A DNA stretch of 64,000 nt, taken from Candidatus Gorgyraea atricola (GTDB lineage Bacteria > Omnitrophota > Gorgyraeia > Gorgyraeales > Gorgyraeaceae). Each line of letters starts with the position of its first letter. The first letter of the stretch is position 1. The notes beneath the pieces are model-generated. The model made no database searches and had not been told where the DNA came from. It saw nothing but the letters and a program-made list of their open reading frames with translations. Shown here piece by piece: positions 19,413 to 30,137 of the stretch. Location: assembly GCA_030765235.1 (NCBI GenBank), contig JAVCCW010000010.1, positions 30,907-94,906 of the forward strand, given 5' to 3'. The translations under genes and the position numbers were made by a program.

Positions 19413-21047
19413 CTATATAGGGATATTAAACATATCTGCATATTTGCGCCAGAAAGGGCTTTCTTTTACGATTATCTTTGCAGTATCCATATATTGTTGT
19501 GCTTTATTAAAATTGCCGAGTTTTTCATAGCATTTTGCGGCACAGTAATATGCAATGGCATGGTCATTTTTTGCTCTTATTGCATTCTCAAACCCGCGCA
19601 GCGCCATTTCGTAATTGCCCAAACGAAAGTCGCTGTTTTCTACAAGGTTAAGCTCTATATTTAAGATATATGCCTTCTCCTGTATATATTCAGCGGTAAA
19701 ATTCTCTGTTTCGACAACCGCTTTTTTATAATGGCAGTCAATGTAACCGCCTTTGATGTAATTCTTTTTAAGGCATATATCAAACATTTCACTCCCTACA
19801 AGAGGAGTTGCAACCGTTATTCTAAACCAGTTTGCATTAATAGTTTTTAAAAATGCCCTTGTATCCTCAATATCCTGCTTTGTTTCGCCGGGGAGTCCTA
19901 TTAATATGTTCACATCCATATATATTCCCAATTCACGGCAATCGTCAGCCACAGGCTTTACCATTGAAAGGTCAAGGGGCTTGTGCATTATTTCCTTTAA
20001 AACCCTGCTGCTCCCCGATTCAATCGCCAGAACAAGCTGATCAATCCCTGCGCTTTTTAAAGCCTCAAGCATCTTTCTGTCAAGCTCATACAAAGGCAGT
20101 CCATTTTGAAAAACAGCAGTTAATCGCAATTCCTTTACTATATCAATGATCTCAAAGGCCCTCTGTTTTTTCGCAATGAAATGATCGTCCTGAAAAATAA
20201 TTACTTCTGCCCCGTATTGGTCTCTAAGGCGCTTAAAATCCTCTCTGATCCTCTTGATGCTATAATAGCGCATCCTTCTTCCATGGACCGAGTGTGATGC
20301 GCAAAAACAACAATGGTATGGGCACCCCCTGGACGTCATTACATGAAAGTTTTGTTTTTTCTTGGTGACAGCCGAATAGGCCTCTATTGCAGGGTTTAAT
20401 CCATATTCGTCTATCTCGCAAATATCATAATCATAAAAAGGTATTTCATCAAGGTCTTCGATAAAATCATGCAGGAACGTCTGTCCTCTTTCAACTTTTC
20501 TCCGCGTAATCCAGGAAGGATTTTCTTCAAAGTACGACACTTTATCATCGGCTTGCACAAGGCCTAAAAGAGGTTTTTCGCCTTCACCATAACATAGAGC
20601 GTCAAATCCTGCGCTAGTTTTAAATATATCTTTATATATATTTGTTGGAATGCCGCCGCCTGCTATAATGATGGCATCGGGAAATATGTTACGACAACAT
20701 TCTGCTATATCCAGCATATTTTGATACGAAGGCGTGAACAGCGAAGATATCCCGACTATAGTTGGCGCATAATCCAAAGTTGAAAGAGATTGCTGAAAAA
20801 AATCTACAAAAGAATGATACTCAAAACTTTCTAACTTATTTAAAGTAGTAGCAAAATCTAAAAGCTTAGTTTCTGCTGCGGCATGTTTTTTTAAGCATGA
20901 GCTCATAGACATTATACCTAAAGGCATATCGGTGAGCACACTTGCAAAATCTCCATTTTTCTTTTTTACTATTCTTGCATTATAATCAGGTTTGACAAAA
21001 TCGACATACATAATAGGCGGGGGTACTATAAATAAGACCTTGTCCAT
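19413..21047 (-). CDS. B12-binding radical SAM enzyme with C-terminal TPR
   Basis: PLGIM, TSRGCPYHCCFC, IESGS, GLPGET, TPR-like tail. Confidence 0.88.
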   Translation of the reverse strand: MDKVLFIVPPPIMYVDFVKPDYNARIVKKKNGDFASVLTDMPLGIMSMSSCLKKHAAAETKLLDFATTLNKLESFEYHSFVDFFQQSLSTLDYAPTIVGISSLFTPSYQNMLDIAECCRNIFPDAIIIAGGGIPTNIYKDIFKTSAGFDALCYGEGEKPLLGLVQADDKVSYFEENPSWITRRKVERGQTFLHDFIEDLDEIPFYDYDICEIDEYGLNPAIEAYSAVTKKKQNFHVMTSRGCPYHCCFCASHSVHGRRMRYYSIKRIREDFKRLRDQYGAEVIIFQDDHFIAKKQRAFEIIDIVKELRLTAVFQNGLPLYELDRKMLEALKSAGIDQLVLAIESGSSRVLKEIMHKPLDLSMVKPVADDCRELGIYMDVNILIGLPGETKQDIEDTRAFLKTINANWFRITVATPLVGSEMFDICLKKNYIKGGYIDCHYKKAVVETENFTAEYIQEKAYILNIELNLVENSDFRLGNYEMALRGFENAIRAKNDHAIAYYCAAKCYEKLGNFNKAQQYMDTAKIIVKESPFWRKYADMFNIPI

Positions 21048-21066
21048 ATTTCTTATCCTCTAAGAA

Positions 21067-22212
21067 TTAGCAATCCTGAATAACTTCCAATCCAAAATCT
21101 CTCAATATAGAGATATTTATATTTCTATCATACTTTTGCCGTATAATACTTGCTACTTCATCGGAATAACCAGCCGCCATAATAATAACAGCATCGACGG
21201 GGTCTGAGTTAAGTGTGTCAGGAGAAACTATACGAACATGTGTAGCTGGCGTGAATTTGCCTTGCTTAAACGGAGCTGAATCAACAACATATTTTATTTT
21301 ATCAGCTAAATTTGCCAGAGAGATAACTGCAAGCGCCTGATGGCCGGCGCCCCATATTGCAACTTGTTTGCATCTATATTGGCCCATATAGTTGTTTATT
21401 TCATTTTTAAGCTGCGACTGATATTTATAAAAATGCGCTATATCCAGTCTTACCTTTTTTTTTACAACAGCAGAAATTATATAGTCATGCCACTCTTCAT
21501 TGCATTCGATAATTTTAAAACCATTTCGCTCTATGACTGCATTTAAAGTTTCTTTCGTAAAATAAAATAGATGATCGCATGTAAATTCAGAGAAAAGTTT
21601 ATTTCGTAAAATCATATCAAAATTTGGTACCTCGATGAGTCCTATGGCGTCATCTGTCAAATTGTTATATATTCCTCTAAGGGCTGAATGTGGATCAGGC
21701 AGATGTTCAAGAAAATTCAATATAAAAAAGGCATCGAACGGGGCATGGTTTAATTTATAAGTACTGCTTTGGATGAATCCTTTTGAAGCCTTTAAGCCGT
21801 TCTTGACACACTGCCTCACCGATTCTGTGGAATGCTCCAATCCATAAGCATCTACCCCAAACTGCTGCATGATAGACAAATACTCCCCACAACCACAGCC
21901 GATTTCAATAACTTTCTTTCTTTTGAGAGAATATTTTTGTATAAAGCGGTTGAATTGCTTCCTTCGAAAATCTTTCATTTCCTCTGAAAACCGAGCGGCG
22001 CGTATAACCTCCTTATAATAAGGGACAGGATCATTGCTTAGCTGTACTAATCCGCAGCCTGAACACTGACAGACTTCCAGATCAATTCCCTTATCGTCTT
22101 CGAGCGACTCTGCATCTGGCAAAAATTGAGCAGCCTTTGGCATATTTTCGTATCGCAGCAATGGTTCTTCGAAAAATTTATGGGCACATACTCTACACTT
22201 GTTTATTGGCAT
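21067..22212 (-). CDS. Class I SAM-dependent (sugar C-)methyltransferase
   Basis: CRVC..CSGC Zn site, EIGCGCG, LEHLPD, IWGAGH, KQGKFTP. Confidence 0.85.
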   Translation of the reverse strand: MPINKCRVCAHKFFEEPLLRYENMPKAAQFLPDAESLEDDKGIDLEVCQCSGCGLVQLSNDPVPYYKEVIRAARFSEEMKDFRRKQFNRFIQKYSLKRKKVIEIGCGCGEYLSIMQQFGVDAYGLEHSTESVRQCVKNGLKASKGFIQSSTYKLNHAPFDAFFILNFLEHLPDPHSALRGIYNNLTDDAIGLIEVPNFDMILRNKLFSEFTCDHLFYFTKETLNAVIERNGFKIIECNEEWHDYIISAVVKKKVRLDIAHFYKYQSQLKNEINNYMGQYRCKQVAIWGAGHQALAVISLANLADKIKYVVDSAPFKQGKFTPATHVRIVSPDTLNSDPVDAVIIMAAGYSDEVASIIRQKYDRNINISILRDFGLEVIQDC

Positions 22213-23084
22213 AAAAACAGCTTCCCATCAATAGAATCTTTCTTTTCTAAATACCAATGATACAATTCATCAATACAATCATCCATATTGCAAAAAGAAT
22301 AGTCCCCTATTTTGCTAAGTAGTTTGGAATTATCACCGCTATATTCTCTGCCAAGATCACCATGAGAGACTTTAATATCTAATCTTTTTCCAGATACCTT
22401 AAGGACTTTTCGAGCCAATGTCAATAGGTCGAAAGTCTCGCCTCTACAAACGTTATAACATTTATCCTCTGGTTCATTTTCGATAAACCATCCTGTAATC
22501 CTTATAAGGTCATCAATATAGAGATAATCAAGAAATACATTCTGCTTTATTGTTATTGGTAAGTCCCATACTGTTCTGCAGCACGCGTTAGAAATAAATC
22601 GTATTTTCCAATCCTCATATTTGCCAAAAACACCGAAAACTCTCAGATTGTAAATGTTTTCGGATTTTTCCGCATACTTGCACATAATGTATTTCGAAAA
22701 AACATCTTGATCTTTTGGCACGCAAATATCAAAGTAATCTTCATTCATTCTATGTATCCAATGTTCTCGGCCATAGACCGCTCCTGACCCATAGTAAATC
22801 ATCTTTCCGTATTCACCATGGCAGCGGGCAAGATTAAAAAACATCCTGAGATTGTATTCCAAGATTTTATTTGTATCTTTTTTTGAGTTCCTTGCTGCAT
22901 TCCATGCACAATGAACTATCGCGTCAAAATGGTGTTTCTTAAGATAATTACTGACTTTTCTTTCATTTAACAGTTCGAGTTCTTCATGGGATGGGGCATA
23001 AATTTTATATTTATCCTGAAGCTGCTCCTTTAGGTTTCGACCGATAAACCCTGTTCCTCCTGTAATAAAAATCTTCTTTTTCAT
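22203..23084 (-). CDS. NAD-dependent epimerase/dehydratase/reductase
   Basis: TGGTGFIG, GSGAVYG; SDR YxxxK appears degenerate (DVFSK). Confidence 0.85.
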   Translation of the reverse strand: MKKKIFITGGTGFIGRNLKEQLQDKYKIYAPSHEELELLNERKVSNYLKKHHFDAIVHCAWNAARNSKKDTNKILEYNLRMFFNLARCHGEYGKMIYYGSGAVYGREHWIHRMNEDYFDICVPKDQDVFSKYIMCKYAEKSENIYNLRVFGVFGKYEDWKIRFISNACCRTVWDLPITIKQNVFLDYLYIDDLIRITGWFIENEPEDKCYNVCRGETFDLLTLARKVLKVSGKRLDIKVSHGDLGREYSGDNSKLLSKIGDYSFCNMDDCIDELYHWYLEKKDSIDGKLFLCQ

Positions 23085-23104
23085 CCTGCCTCGCCCCGCA
23101 TGCC

Positions 23105-24616
23105 TTAATCTAACCAGTGAGTAACTAAGGTCTTGCGATGTTTATTCTTTGCTATTTCTTTATCAGTATAATATGAATCCTTTGCATGATGCGTTGATGA
23201 AATCTCTTCGATTATTGCGCCGGCCCTGCTGCCAAAACTATGTTTTTTCTTTCTCTCCACAGTAACTAAGCTGCCGGCCTTATATTCCGTCTCGACCCCA
23301 TCTATCGTAAGCAGGATATCTCCATATAAAACCTGGAAGGTCTCCTCTTTTATCTTGTGGTATTGCTCAGGGTGCTTCTGCCCGGGAAGCATCACTATCA
23401 GTTTCTTGCAATATTCACGGTTTACAAAATTAATCATCGTACAGCCCTGCTCTTCGACCTTATCTACCCCATAGTGATGCGATATCTCAAGATCTAATTT
23501 GCCTGGAACCAACACATTACTCTTCTTTAAAATAGCCTTTACCTTCTGAACCACACTATAGACCCTTTCTCTGTTATCCACCTGCCTTAGATTAGCTAAA
23601 GGTATCGGCTTATTTACATCCATGTCTGAAGTGGCATAAAAATCTGTGTATTTGGACATATCATTTGCCGTGATCTGACCCTCTGCCGTAGGTATAGCCA
23701 GAAAGGTATTAGATAGCTCAATCATCTCGCCCTTTTTTATTTTTCTACTGGCAAAGACACCTCTTTTTAAAGACTGTAGAGCCTTTGTCTCTTTCTCGGT
23801 AAATCCTGACCTCTTCATAGCGGTTCCGCACATCTGTAAGGCCTCAAGCGCTGACTCCAACCATAGCCTGACTTGTCCGGGAACAACTGAATAACCATTA
23901 AGGCCAAACTGTCCTGTCCTTATCCCTGCATGCTTTTCAAATACCCTTGCGCCTTTTCCTATCGCGATCTTAATGGAAACAAAATTATCAGGCTCCTCAT
24001 GAGCTGAATAACCAATATCTACCTGAGGGTACCTTGCCTTCAGTAAGTCTATCTGATTTAATTGCAGGCCTTTTTTAGGAGTAGGGTATTCAGCTACGCA
24101 ATGCATGAGCGCAAAGGCCTTCTCCCTGTGTTCAAGAAAACTAACAACCTTATCTATCTCTTCCAGAGGCAAGCCAGCAGTGGAGACAATAATGGGTTTA
24201 TTGGTCTTCACAACCCTTTCCAGCAAAGGCCAATCAGTAGCAGAGCAGCTGCCGATCTTAATGATGTCAAAATCCTGTCTTTCTATTAGATCAACTGAGG
24301 CCTCATCAAATGGCGTACAAACCGAGACAAACCCCAGGTTATCGATCTCGTCCTTCAATACCTTAAACTGATTTTCATCAAGCCGAGTTTCTAAAAAACG
24401 TTTAACGTATTTAAATTCAAACTTCTTCTTAAAATCCGGGTGAATAAAGGTATCTAAATCCCTGTATTGCAGCTTAAACCCAAAATTAAAGTCGAACCCC
24501 TTGCAGATCTTATGTATCTCCCTGATGATCTTTAAGCCGTGCTCCACGTTTCCCATGTGGTTATTAGCCATCTCGAAGATAAACAGATTGTGAAATATGC
24601 CCTTGTCCAATCCCAT
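23105..24616 (-). CDS. NeuB-family PEP-dependent synthase with SAF and C-terminal cupin domains
   Basis: EMANNHMG, TPFDE, KIGS, HCVAEYP, GYSAHE, EKH; cupin QKHPEQYHKIKEETF. Confidence 0.85.
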   Translation of the reverse strand: MGLDKGIFHNLFIFEMANNHMGNVEHGLKIIREIHKICKGFDFNFGFKLQYRDLDTFIHPDFKKKFEFKYVKRFLETRLDENQFKVLKDEIDNLGFVSVCTPFDEASVDLIERQDFDIIKIGSCSATDWPLLERVVKTNKPIIVSTAGLPLEEIDKVVSFLEHREKAFALMHCVAEYPTPKKGLQLNQIDLLKARYPQVDIGYSAHEEPDNFVSIKIAIGKGARVFEKHAGIRTGQFGLNGYSVVPGQVRLWLESALEALQMCGTAMKRSGFTEKETKALQSLKRGVFASRKIKKGEMIELSNTFLAIPTAEGQITANDMSKYTDFYATSDMDVNKPIPLANLRQVDNRERVYSVVQKVKAILKKSNVLVPGKLDLEISHHYGVDKVEEQGCTMINFVNREYCKKLIVMLPGQKHPEQYHKIKEETFQVLYGDILLTIDGVETEYKAGSLVTVERKKKHSFGSRAGAIIEEISSTHHAKDSYYTDKEIAKNKHRKTLVTHWLD

Positions 24617-24626
24617 AATATATCCC

Positions 24627-26426
24627 CTATATTTTAGAAATACTCATATTTTCTGCCAGCTCTTCTCTTGACAAAAACGGAAACATGTCTTCCAGAGGCC
24701 TTGACTCAAAGGACCCGTCCGCTCTTTTGTAAGAGGCTGCCTTTGGATTCAATCCTTGATGAGGTGATATATTCAATTCACACAAGATAGGCCCTGGCTC
24801 TGATAAAACCCTACTTACCTTGCTTTCGATCTCTTTATTTGTTAAAATTTTTTCATAACCTAATCCATAGGCAATAGCTACCTTTTTAAAATCTGGATTG
24901 CTTATACCTGACCGTTCGTCTGCCCCCACATAATGACTATTAAAAAAGGTATCTTGTGTCAACCTGATAGATGTATAGCCGGCATTGTTAATGATAAATA
25001 TCTTTATCGGAAGATTATGATGCCTTATAAGCTGCAGTTCCTGGATATTCATCTGCATGCTCCCGTCTCCTGTAATGCAAATAGTCCTTTTACGATCATT
25101 AGCGATACAGGCCCCGATACTGGCAGGTAATCCCCACCCCATTGCCCCATAGCCATTATTTGTAAAGGCCCTCTGCTGCGGCTTCACCTTAAATGCCTGG
25201 TAAAGACATAATGCGGCCATGCCATTACCCGTGACTACCACATCCTGCTCTGTTAATAAGTCTGATAATTTGTCATAAAAAATATATGTATCAACATGAG
25301 CCTCATCTTCAAAAAATTCATTAACGATAGAGGGATAGCGTTTTTTCCAATTTTTACATGCGTCAAGCCACCCCGCAGGGGCACGAAGATCTATTTCTTT
25401 AAGCTGATTTAAAAATTCTTCTAAAAAATCTTTCGCATCGGCTTGAATACGAACATCAGGAGAGAGTGTTGACTTTTGTAATTCTCGTTCATCTACATCC
25501 ACTATAATCTTTTTGGCATTCGGGGCAAATGCCTTATAATTATATCCAACAATCTTTATGTTCATTCGAGATCCTATGCTTAAGAGGCAATCAGAATTCT
25601 GTATCGCAAAATTCGCCCTTCTCTGGCCTATAATACCTGCCTTTCCTATAAGTAATGGGTGCGCGTCTGGAATCAAATCCATGCCGTTAAATGAAAGCAC
25701 TGCGGGAATCTGAATCCTTTCAAGGATTTGCTTCAACAAGTCTTCTGCCCTGGCTATTCGTATGCCATATCCACATAATATCACCGGCCTCTTGGCCCTC
25801 TTTAGCATCTCCATGACTTTACTTACGTGGAGTCTTTTTTTAAGCCGCGGCAACGAGTCCTTTGGCCTAAAGGAATGAAGATTTTCTATATCAATAAAGC
25901 TGCCCTGGACATCAAGAGGTATATTGATCCATACTGGCCCAGGCCTCCCTGTAGTGGCTTTATAAAAAGCTAACTCTAATTCGTATTTAATCATCTTGGG
26001 GTCTAAAATTGTTTTGGCGTATTTTGTAATAGGCTTGATCGTCTCGATAATATTGATCTCCTGCTCGCCTATCTGTCTTATTTTCGAATAATCCGCTATA
26101 AGCTCCCTTTTAACCTGACCGGAAATAACCATCATCGGTACAGAATCAACCCATGCGCTCGCAACCCCTGAAATCGCATTTGTACTTCCGGGACCTGTAG
26201 TGACAAGACATGATGATATATGATTTTTTAACCTCGCATACCCTTCTGCGCAATATCCAACAGCCTGCTCATTATAATTACAAAAATACTTTATATTTTT
26301 ATTTCGCCCCACTGAGTCCACAAGGTGGATGATCCCCCCTCCAGCGATCATGAATATATCCATGATCCCTTTTTGGACTAAAAAATCTATTACATAATCT
26401 GAAAGCTTTATCATCTTATCCTTCAA
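24627..26426 (-). CDS. ThDP-dependent carboligase, ALS-like (YerE-like sugar-branching enzyme)
   Basis: TTGPGSTN, GRPGPV, GDGSMQMNIQEL, NNAGY; adjacent to rfbF/rfbG. Confidence 0.82.
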   Translation of the reverse strand: MKDKMIKLSDYVIDFLVQKGIMDIFMIAGGGIIHLVDSVGRNKNIKYFCNYNEQAVGYCAEGYARLKNHISSCLVTTGPGSTNAISGVASAWVDSVPMMVISGQVKRELIADYSKIRQIGEQEINIIETIKPITKYAKTILDPKMIKYELELAFYKATTGRPGPVWINIPLDVQGSFIDIENLHSFRPKDSLPRLKKRLHVSKVMEMLKRAKRPVILCGYGIRIARAEDLLKQILERIQIPAVLSFNGMDLIPDAHPLLIGKAGIIGQRRANFAIQNSDCLLSIGSRMNIKIVGYNYKAFAPNAKKIIVDVDERELQKSTLSPDVRIQADAKDFLEEFLNQLKEIDLRAPAGWLDACKNWKKRYPSIVNEFFEDEAHVDTYIFYDKLSDLLTEQDVVVTGNGMAALCLYQAFKVKPQQRAFTNNGYGAMGWGLPASIGACIANDRKRTICITGDGSMQMNIQELQLIRHHNLPIKIFIINNAGYTSIRLTQDTFFNSHYVGADERSGISNPDFKKVAIAYGLGYEKILTNKEIESKVSRVLSEPGPILCELNISPHQGLNPKAASYKRADGSFESRPLEDMFPFLSREELAENMSISKI

Positions 26427-27397
26427 AAAATACCCTTATACCAGTTTATGGTTTTCTTCAAGCCTTCTTCCAAGCTATGCTTTGGTTTCCAGCCAAGGGC
26501 CTTTCTTGCCTTCCATGATGAAAGATGCTGATGTCTAATCTCATGCCTTACCTTGCTTAGAATTTTATAAGATGGCCTTATGCCGGCTAGTTGATAAATC
26601 TTTTTTACCATCTTTATGACCGATACGGGTTTCTCATTGCTGAAGTTAAATGCCTCTCCTTCTAATTTCAATCTTTGCAAATTTTCAGCAAGCAGAATAT
26701 ATCCATTCATAATATCCTCGACATAAACATAATCACGCGTAAATCTTCCATCGCTGCGAATAAGTAATTTCCTGTTCTGAAGCGCTGATCTGATTGCATC
26801 AGGGGCAATCCTTGAAAAATGGAAATCCCCAGGGCCAAAGACATTGCCGCATCTGGTTATGCCTACAGGTAAATTATAGGTATTATAATAAGTATGCGCT
26901 AATAAATCCGCGCAGCTTTTAGAAGCGTCATATGGATGATTACCAGATAAAGGAGCGTCTTCCTTATATGGAAGTTTATTAGTCTCTCCGTAGGCCTTAT
27001 CGCTTGAGGCTATTACAATGGATTCTATGAATTTTTTATTTCTTGACGCCTCTAAAATATTCCATGTGCCTTCAATGTTTGATTTAAAAGTCTTAATGGG
27101 GTTCTTGTTAGCCTCGAGAACTATCGCCTCAGCAGCCAGATGAAAAATAGTCTGCGGCTTAAATCTTTCAATGACATTTTTAACTAATTCTAAATTTATA
27201 ATATCTCCCCTGACGCAGGTTATATCCTTTCTTAAGCCGTTAAGCATAGAAACTGGGCGATTTTTTATCTTGTCGATGCCTGTTATTCTAGCGCCATAGC
27301 CCAGTAAAACCTTGGCAAGCCAAGAACCCAGAAAACCTTCATGGCCTGTTATCAAAACCTTTCTATCTTTCCAAAAGACACCTTTTCTATTGCTCAT
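26423..27397 (-). CDS. rfbG: CDP-glucose 4,6-dehydratase-like
   Basis: FWKDRKVLITGHEGFLGSWL, SSDKAY, PYDASK. Confidence 0.8.
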   Translation of the reverse strand: MSNRKGVFWKDRKVLITGHEGFLGSWLAKVLLGYGARITGIDKIKNRPVSMLNGLRKDITCVRGDIINLELVKNVIERFKPQTIFHLAAEAIVLEANKNPIKTFKSNIEGTWNILEASRNKKFIESIVIASSDKAYGETNKLPYKEDAPLSGNHPYDASKSCADLLAHTYYNTYNLPVGITRCGNVFGPGDFHFSRIAPDAIRSALQNRKLLIRSDGRFTRDYVYVEDIMNGYILLAENLQRLKLEGEAFNFSNEKPVSVIKMVKKIYQLAGIRPSYKILSKVRHEIRHQHLSSWKARKALGWKPKHSLEEGLKKTINWYKGIF

Positions 27398-28182
27398 TCC
27401 CAGACCTTCCAAGGAGCCCTATTTTCCTTCCACATCTGATTTAAGTTACCATATTCCCTGATAGTGTCAACACAGTACCAAAATCCTTTATGTTCATATA
27501 CGCCCATCTGTTTATCTTTTACCATGTTAGGCAGGGTCTCGCCCTCCAAAACTAAATCTTCTCCTGGCCTGAAATATTTATGAATGACCTTTTTATTAAA
27601 GACCATAAATCCGCCATTAAACAACCCCGTGCTTACATTAGGTTTCTCATTAAAGGAAGATATCATATTGCCGGTGGCCTGTATTTCACCAAAACGGCTA
27701 GCAGGATAAACTCCTGTTATTGTACCCAATAAACTGGATTTTTTATGAGTCTCTATCAACTCCTTTATATCAATATCAGCGACACCATCCGCGTAAGTCA
27801 CGCCAAAGATATTACTGTGCTCTAAATACTTACGCACATTCCAAATCCTTGCTCCAGTTTGAGAATTCTCCCCTGTTTCCACCATAGTAACTTTCCAATC
27901 TAAATCTTCATTACGATGATGACGATAGACTGCCAAACCTTTTTTATTTAAATTTACGGTTACATCTGAAACCTTGGCCATGTAATTTAAGAAAAATTCC
28001 TTTATCAGCCATCCTTTATAACCAAGGCATAGGACAAAATCTTTTATGCCATAATGAGCGTACATCTTCATTATATGCCAGATCATAGGCCTATCGCCTA
28101 TAGGAAGCATGGCCTTAGGCAAAACCTCGGAAACATCCCTGATCCTTGTTCCTCTACCACCGCATAGGATTACTAACTTCAT
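27394..28182 (-). CDS. rfbF: Glucose-1-phosphate cytidylyltransferase
   Basis: LCGGRGTR, WHIMKMY, LGYKG, TYADG, GFWYCVDT, APWKVW. Confidence 0.9.
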   Translation of the reverse strand: MKLVILCGGRGTRIRDVSEVLPKAMLPIGDRPMIWHIMKMYAHYGIKDFVLCLGYKGWLIKEFFLNYMAKVSDVTVNLNKKGLAVYRHHRNEDLDWKVTMVETGENSQTGARIWNVRKYLEHSNIFGVTYADGVADIDIKELIETHKKSSLLGTITGVYPASRFGEIQATGNMISSFNEKPNVSTGLFNGGFMVFNKKVIHKYFRPGEDLVLEGETLPNMVKDKQMGVYEHKGFWYCVDTIREYGNLNQMWKENRAPWKVWE

Positions 28183-28263
28183 GATATCCTCCTCTGGACT
28201 TTGAAATTCCCTGCAATAAATTATAAGTATACAGCCTAATTCTCTTTAAGTCCAATATTTTAC

Positions 28264-29367
28264 TCAGATAAAATTAACATGCATCGGTTCTTTGCCTTTT
28301 ACATCTTCTAATGCGGCCTCTCCGCGCTTCAGATCCAATAGAAAGTCATTAACGCTATGTTGAAGGCATAAAGTGCCGCACATGGTCCTGGCGTCAAACT
28401 CCTCAGACGCGATTAGATCTATAACATCCCAGTAGCGCTTGCTTTCCCAGATCTTTTTAAACGGTGTATCAACTATATTTCCTATATGATATTTTTTATA
28501 CCTTCTGTTAAATAACATCCCGCATGGCGCCACAAGGCCTGAACCTGAAAACTGCATGATAAAAGGCGGGCCATAGCAGCGGGAATATCTGCGCTTACCC
28601 TTGCTTAAAATCTTAGACCATTTTACCCTTACTATGCACTGCTTGTCTGAATACGATTCTGCCTGCTTTAAGAGATCCTTGAGCGGCTCATATTTGGAAT
28701 AATCAATACCTAAAGACCCCCTCTCGTCATCACTGCAGTGTTTGATAATAACATAGTCTACTCCGAGCTCCTTGCCAAGCCTTACCACTGGAATGATCTG
28801 GTCTTTAAAATCAGGCATTAGAACCATCTGCAGGCCAAGCGTAACATTCAGGTTTTTCTGTCTTTTTATCTTCACGCATTTTTTTATAATATCACTTACT
28901 GCGTAAAAATGTTCTCTCCTGCACCCCATAATACGCGCATATCTTTCAGGTTCTCCAGCTGAAATATTGAACCTCAAATACGTAAGCGCTGATAAAATTT
29001 CCTCTAAGCGCTCTTCTTGCAAAAGATAACCGTTTGTAGCCAGGGCCATGTCTAATCCATTGGCCTTACCCCTTATTATGGCATCGTATAAATGAGAAGA
29101 GCATGTGCTTTCTCCGTCGCTTACAAGGCTTATTGCCTTTACGCCGATCTCAGCCGCATCATCCAGGAATCTGAAGATAACATCCCTGGTCATCCTTTTT
29201 TCATCATTGGCCTGAAGCTGGCCATAGCAATACACGCATCTATACGTGCATTTCCTGGTAAGCGCGCAGTCTATGGTTATGGGCGCAATCCGTTCCCCCT
29301 GCAGCCAGGCCTCAACCCTATCTCTGTGCCAGTGTAATTTATGACCATCCAGTAGCAGCTCTGTCAT
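28264..29367 (-). CDS. Radical SAM protein (paralog of 32154-33218)
   Basis: LDGHKL, CTYRCVYC, C-terminal Cys cluster, HVNFI. Confidence 0.88.
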   Translation of the reverse strand: MTELLLDGHKLHWHRDRVEAWLQGERIAPITIDCALTRKCTYRCVYCYGQLQANDEKRMTRDVIFRFLDDAAEIGVKAISLVSDGESTCSSHLYDAIIRGKANGLDMALATNGYLLQEERLEEILSALTYLRFNISAGEPERYARIMGCRREHFYAVSDIIKKCVKIKRQKNLNVTLGLQMVLMPDFKDQIIPVVRLGKELGVDYVIIKHCSDDERGSLGIDYSKYEPLKDLLKQAESYSDKQCIVRVKWSKILSKGKRRYSRCYGPPFIMQFSGSGLVAPCGMLFNRRYKKYHIGNIVDTPFKKIWESKRYWDVIDLIASEEFDARTMCGTLCLQHSVNDFLLDLKRGEAALEDVKGKEPMHVNFI

Positions 29368-30137
29368 TAAGATTTTTTATAACGCTGCGCTGATGCGCAA
29401 CCCTGAGTAAACTTGTATCTTTTGCTTTTCTCTTTCTTTCCAAAGTATATGTCATACACTAATTTCAGGTATTCCTTTATAACCTGCAGAGAATTTGAGA
29501 ATGTAGTTGCCTTTGATTTGCCAATCTTTCTTGATCCTAACCTATAGGGAACCTCTGCAAATAGATATCCTCTCTTTGCGAGCCTTATTAAAATATCCGC
29601 CTGAAAAAAGAAACTCGAGCTTCTATAATCCAAATCACTCAAGATCGATCTTCTGTAAAGAACAGTCCCGTGGGGATAGTTAAAGGACGTGCCGAATGTG
29701 CTATTAAGAATTTTCAATAAGAAAAAAGATAGTATATTTCTAAATAATGTCCTGTCGCGTTTATTATAGACAAAGGGGATTACCATATCGACTTCATCCA
29801 AGAGTTTTAAATAGCGAAATATCTCATAAGGGTCATTTTCATCGTCTCCGGGCAGCATGCAAACTATCTCACCCCTGGCATTCAGGATGCCATCCCAAAA
29901 TGACACGCCTATGCCCTGCGGAGTTTCGTGATTAATCAGGCGGATTCTATTGCCTTCTTTGGACATTAATTCTTTCACAAGCTCCAATGTCTTATCGCTC
30001 GAGCCATCATTAATAATAACAATCTCTCCATCTACTTTAAAGGCCTCAAAGGCCTTTAAAGTATTATTGATAGCGGATAAAATGTTCTTTTGTTCGTTTA
30101 ACGCTGGCATTATTATACTTAAAAATACAGGGCTCAC
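29367..30137 (-). CDS. GT2 glycosyltransferase
   Basis: MPALNE, INDGSSD, PGDDE. Confidence 0.88.
   Translation of the reverse strand: MSPVFLSIIMPALNEQKNILSAINNTLKAFEAFKVDGEIVIINDGSSDKTLELVKELMSKEGNRIRLINHETPQGIGVSFWDGILNARGEIVCMLPGDDENDPYEIFRYLKLLDEVDMVIPFVYNKRDRTLFRNILSFFLLKILNSTFGTSFNYPHGTVLYRRSILSDLDYRSSSFFFQADILIRLAKRGYLFAEVPYRLGSRKIGKSKATTFSNSLQVIKEYLKLVYDIYFGKKEKSKRYKFTQGCASAQRYKKS

Noticed and set aside
24627-26426. ilvB for branched-chain amino acid synthesis
   Set aside because: No ilvN/ilvC nearby; overlaps rfbG, which fits a sugar-branching role
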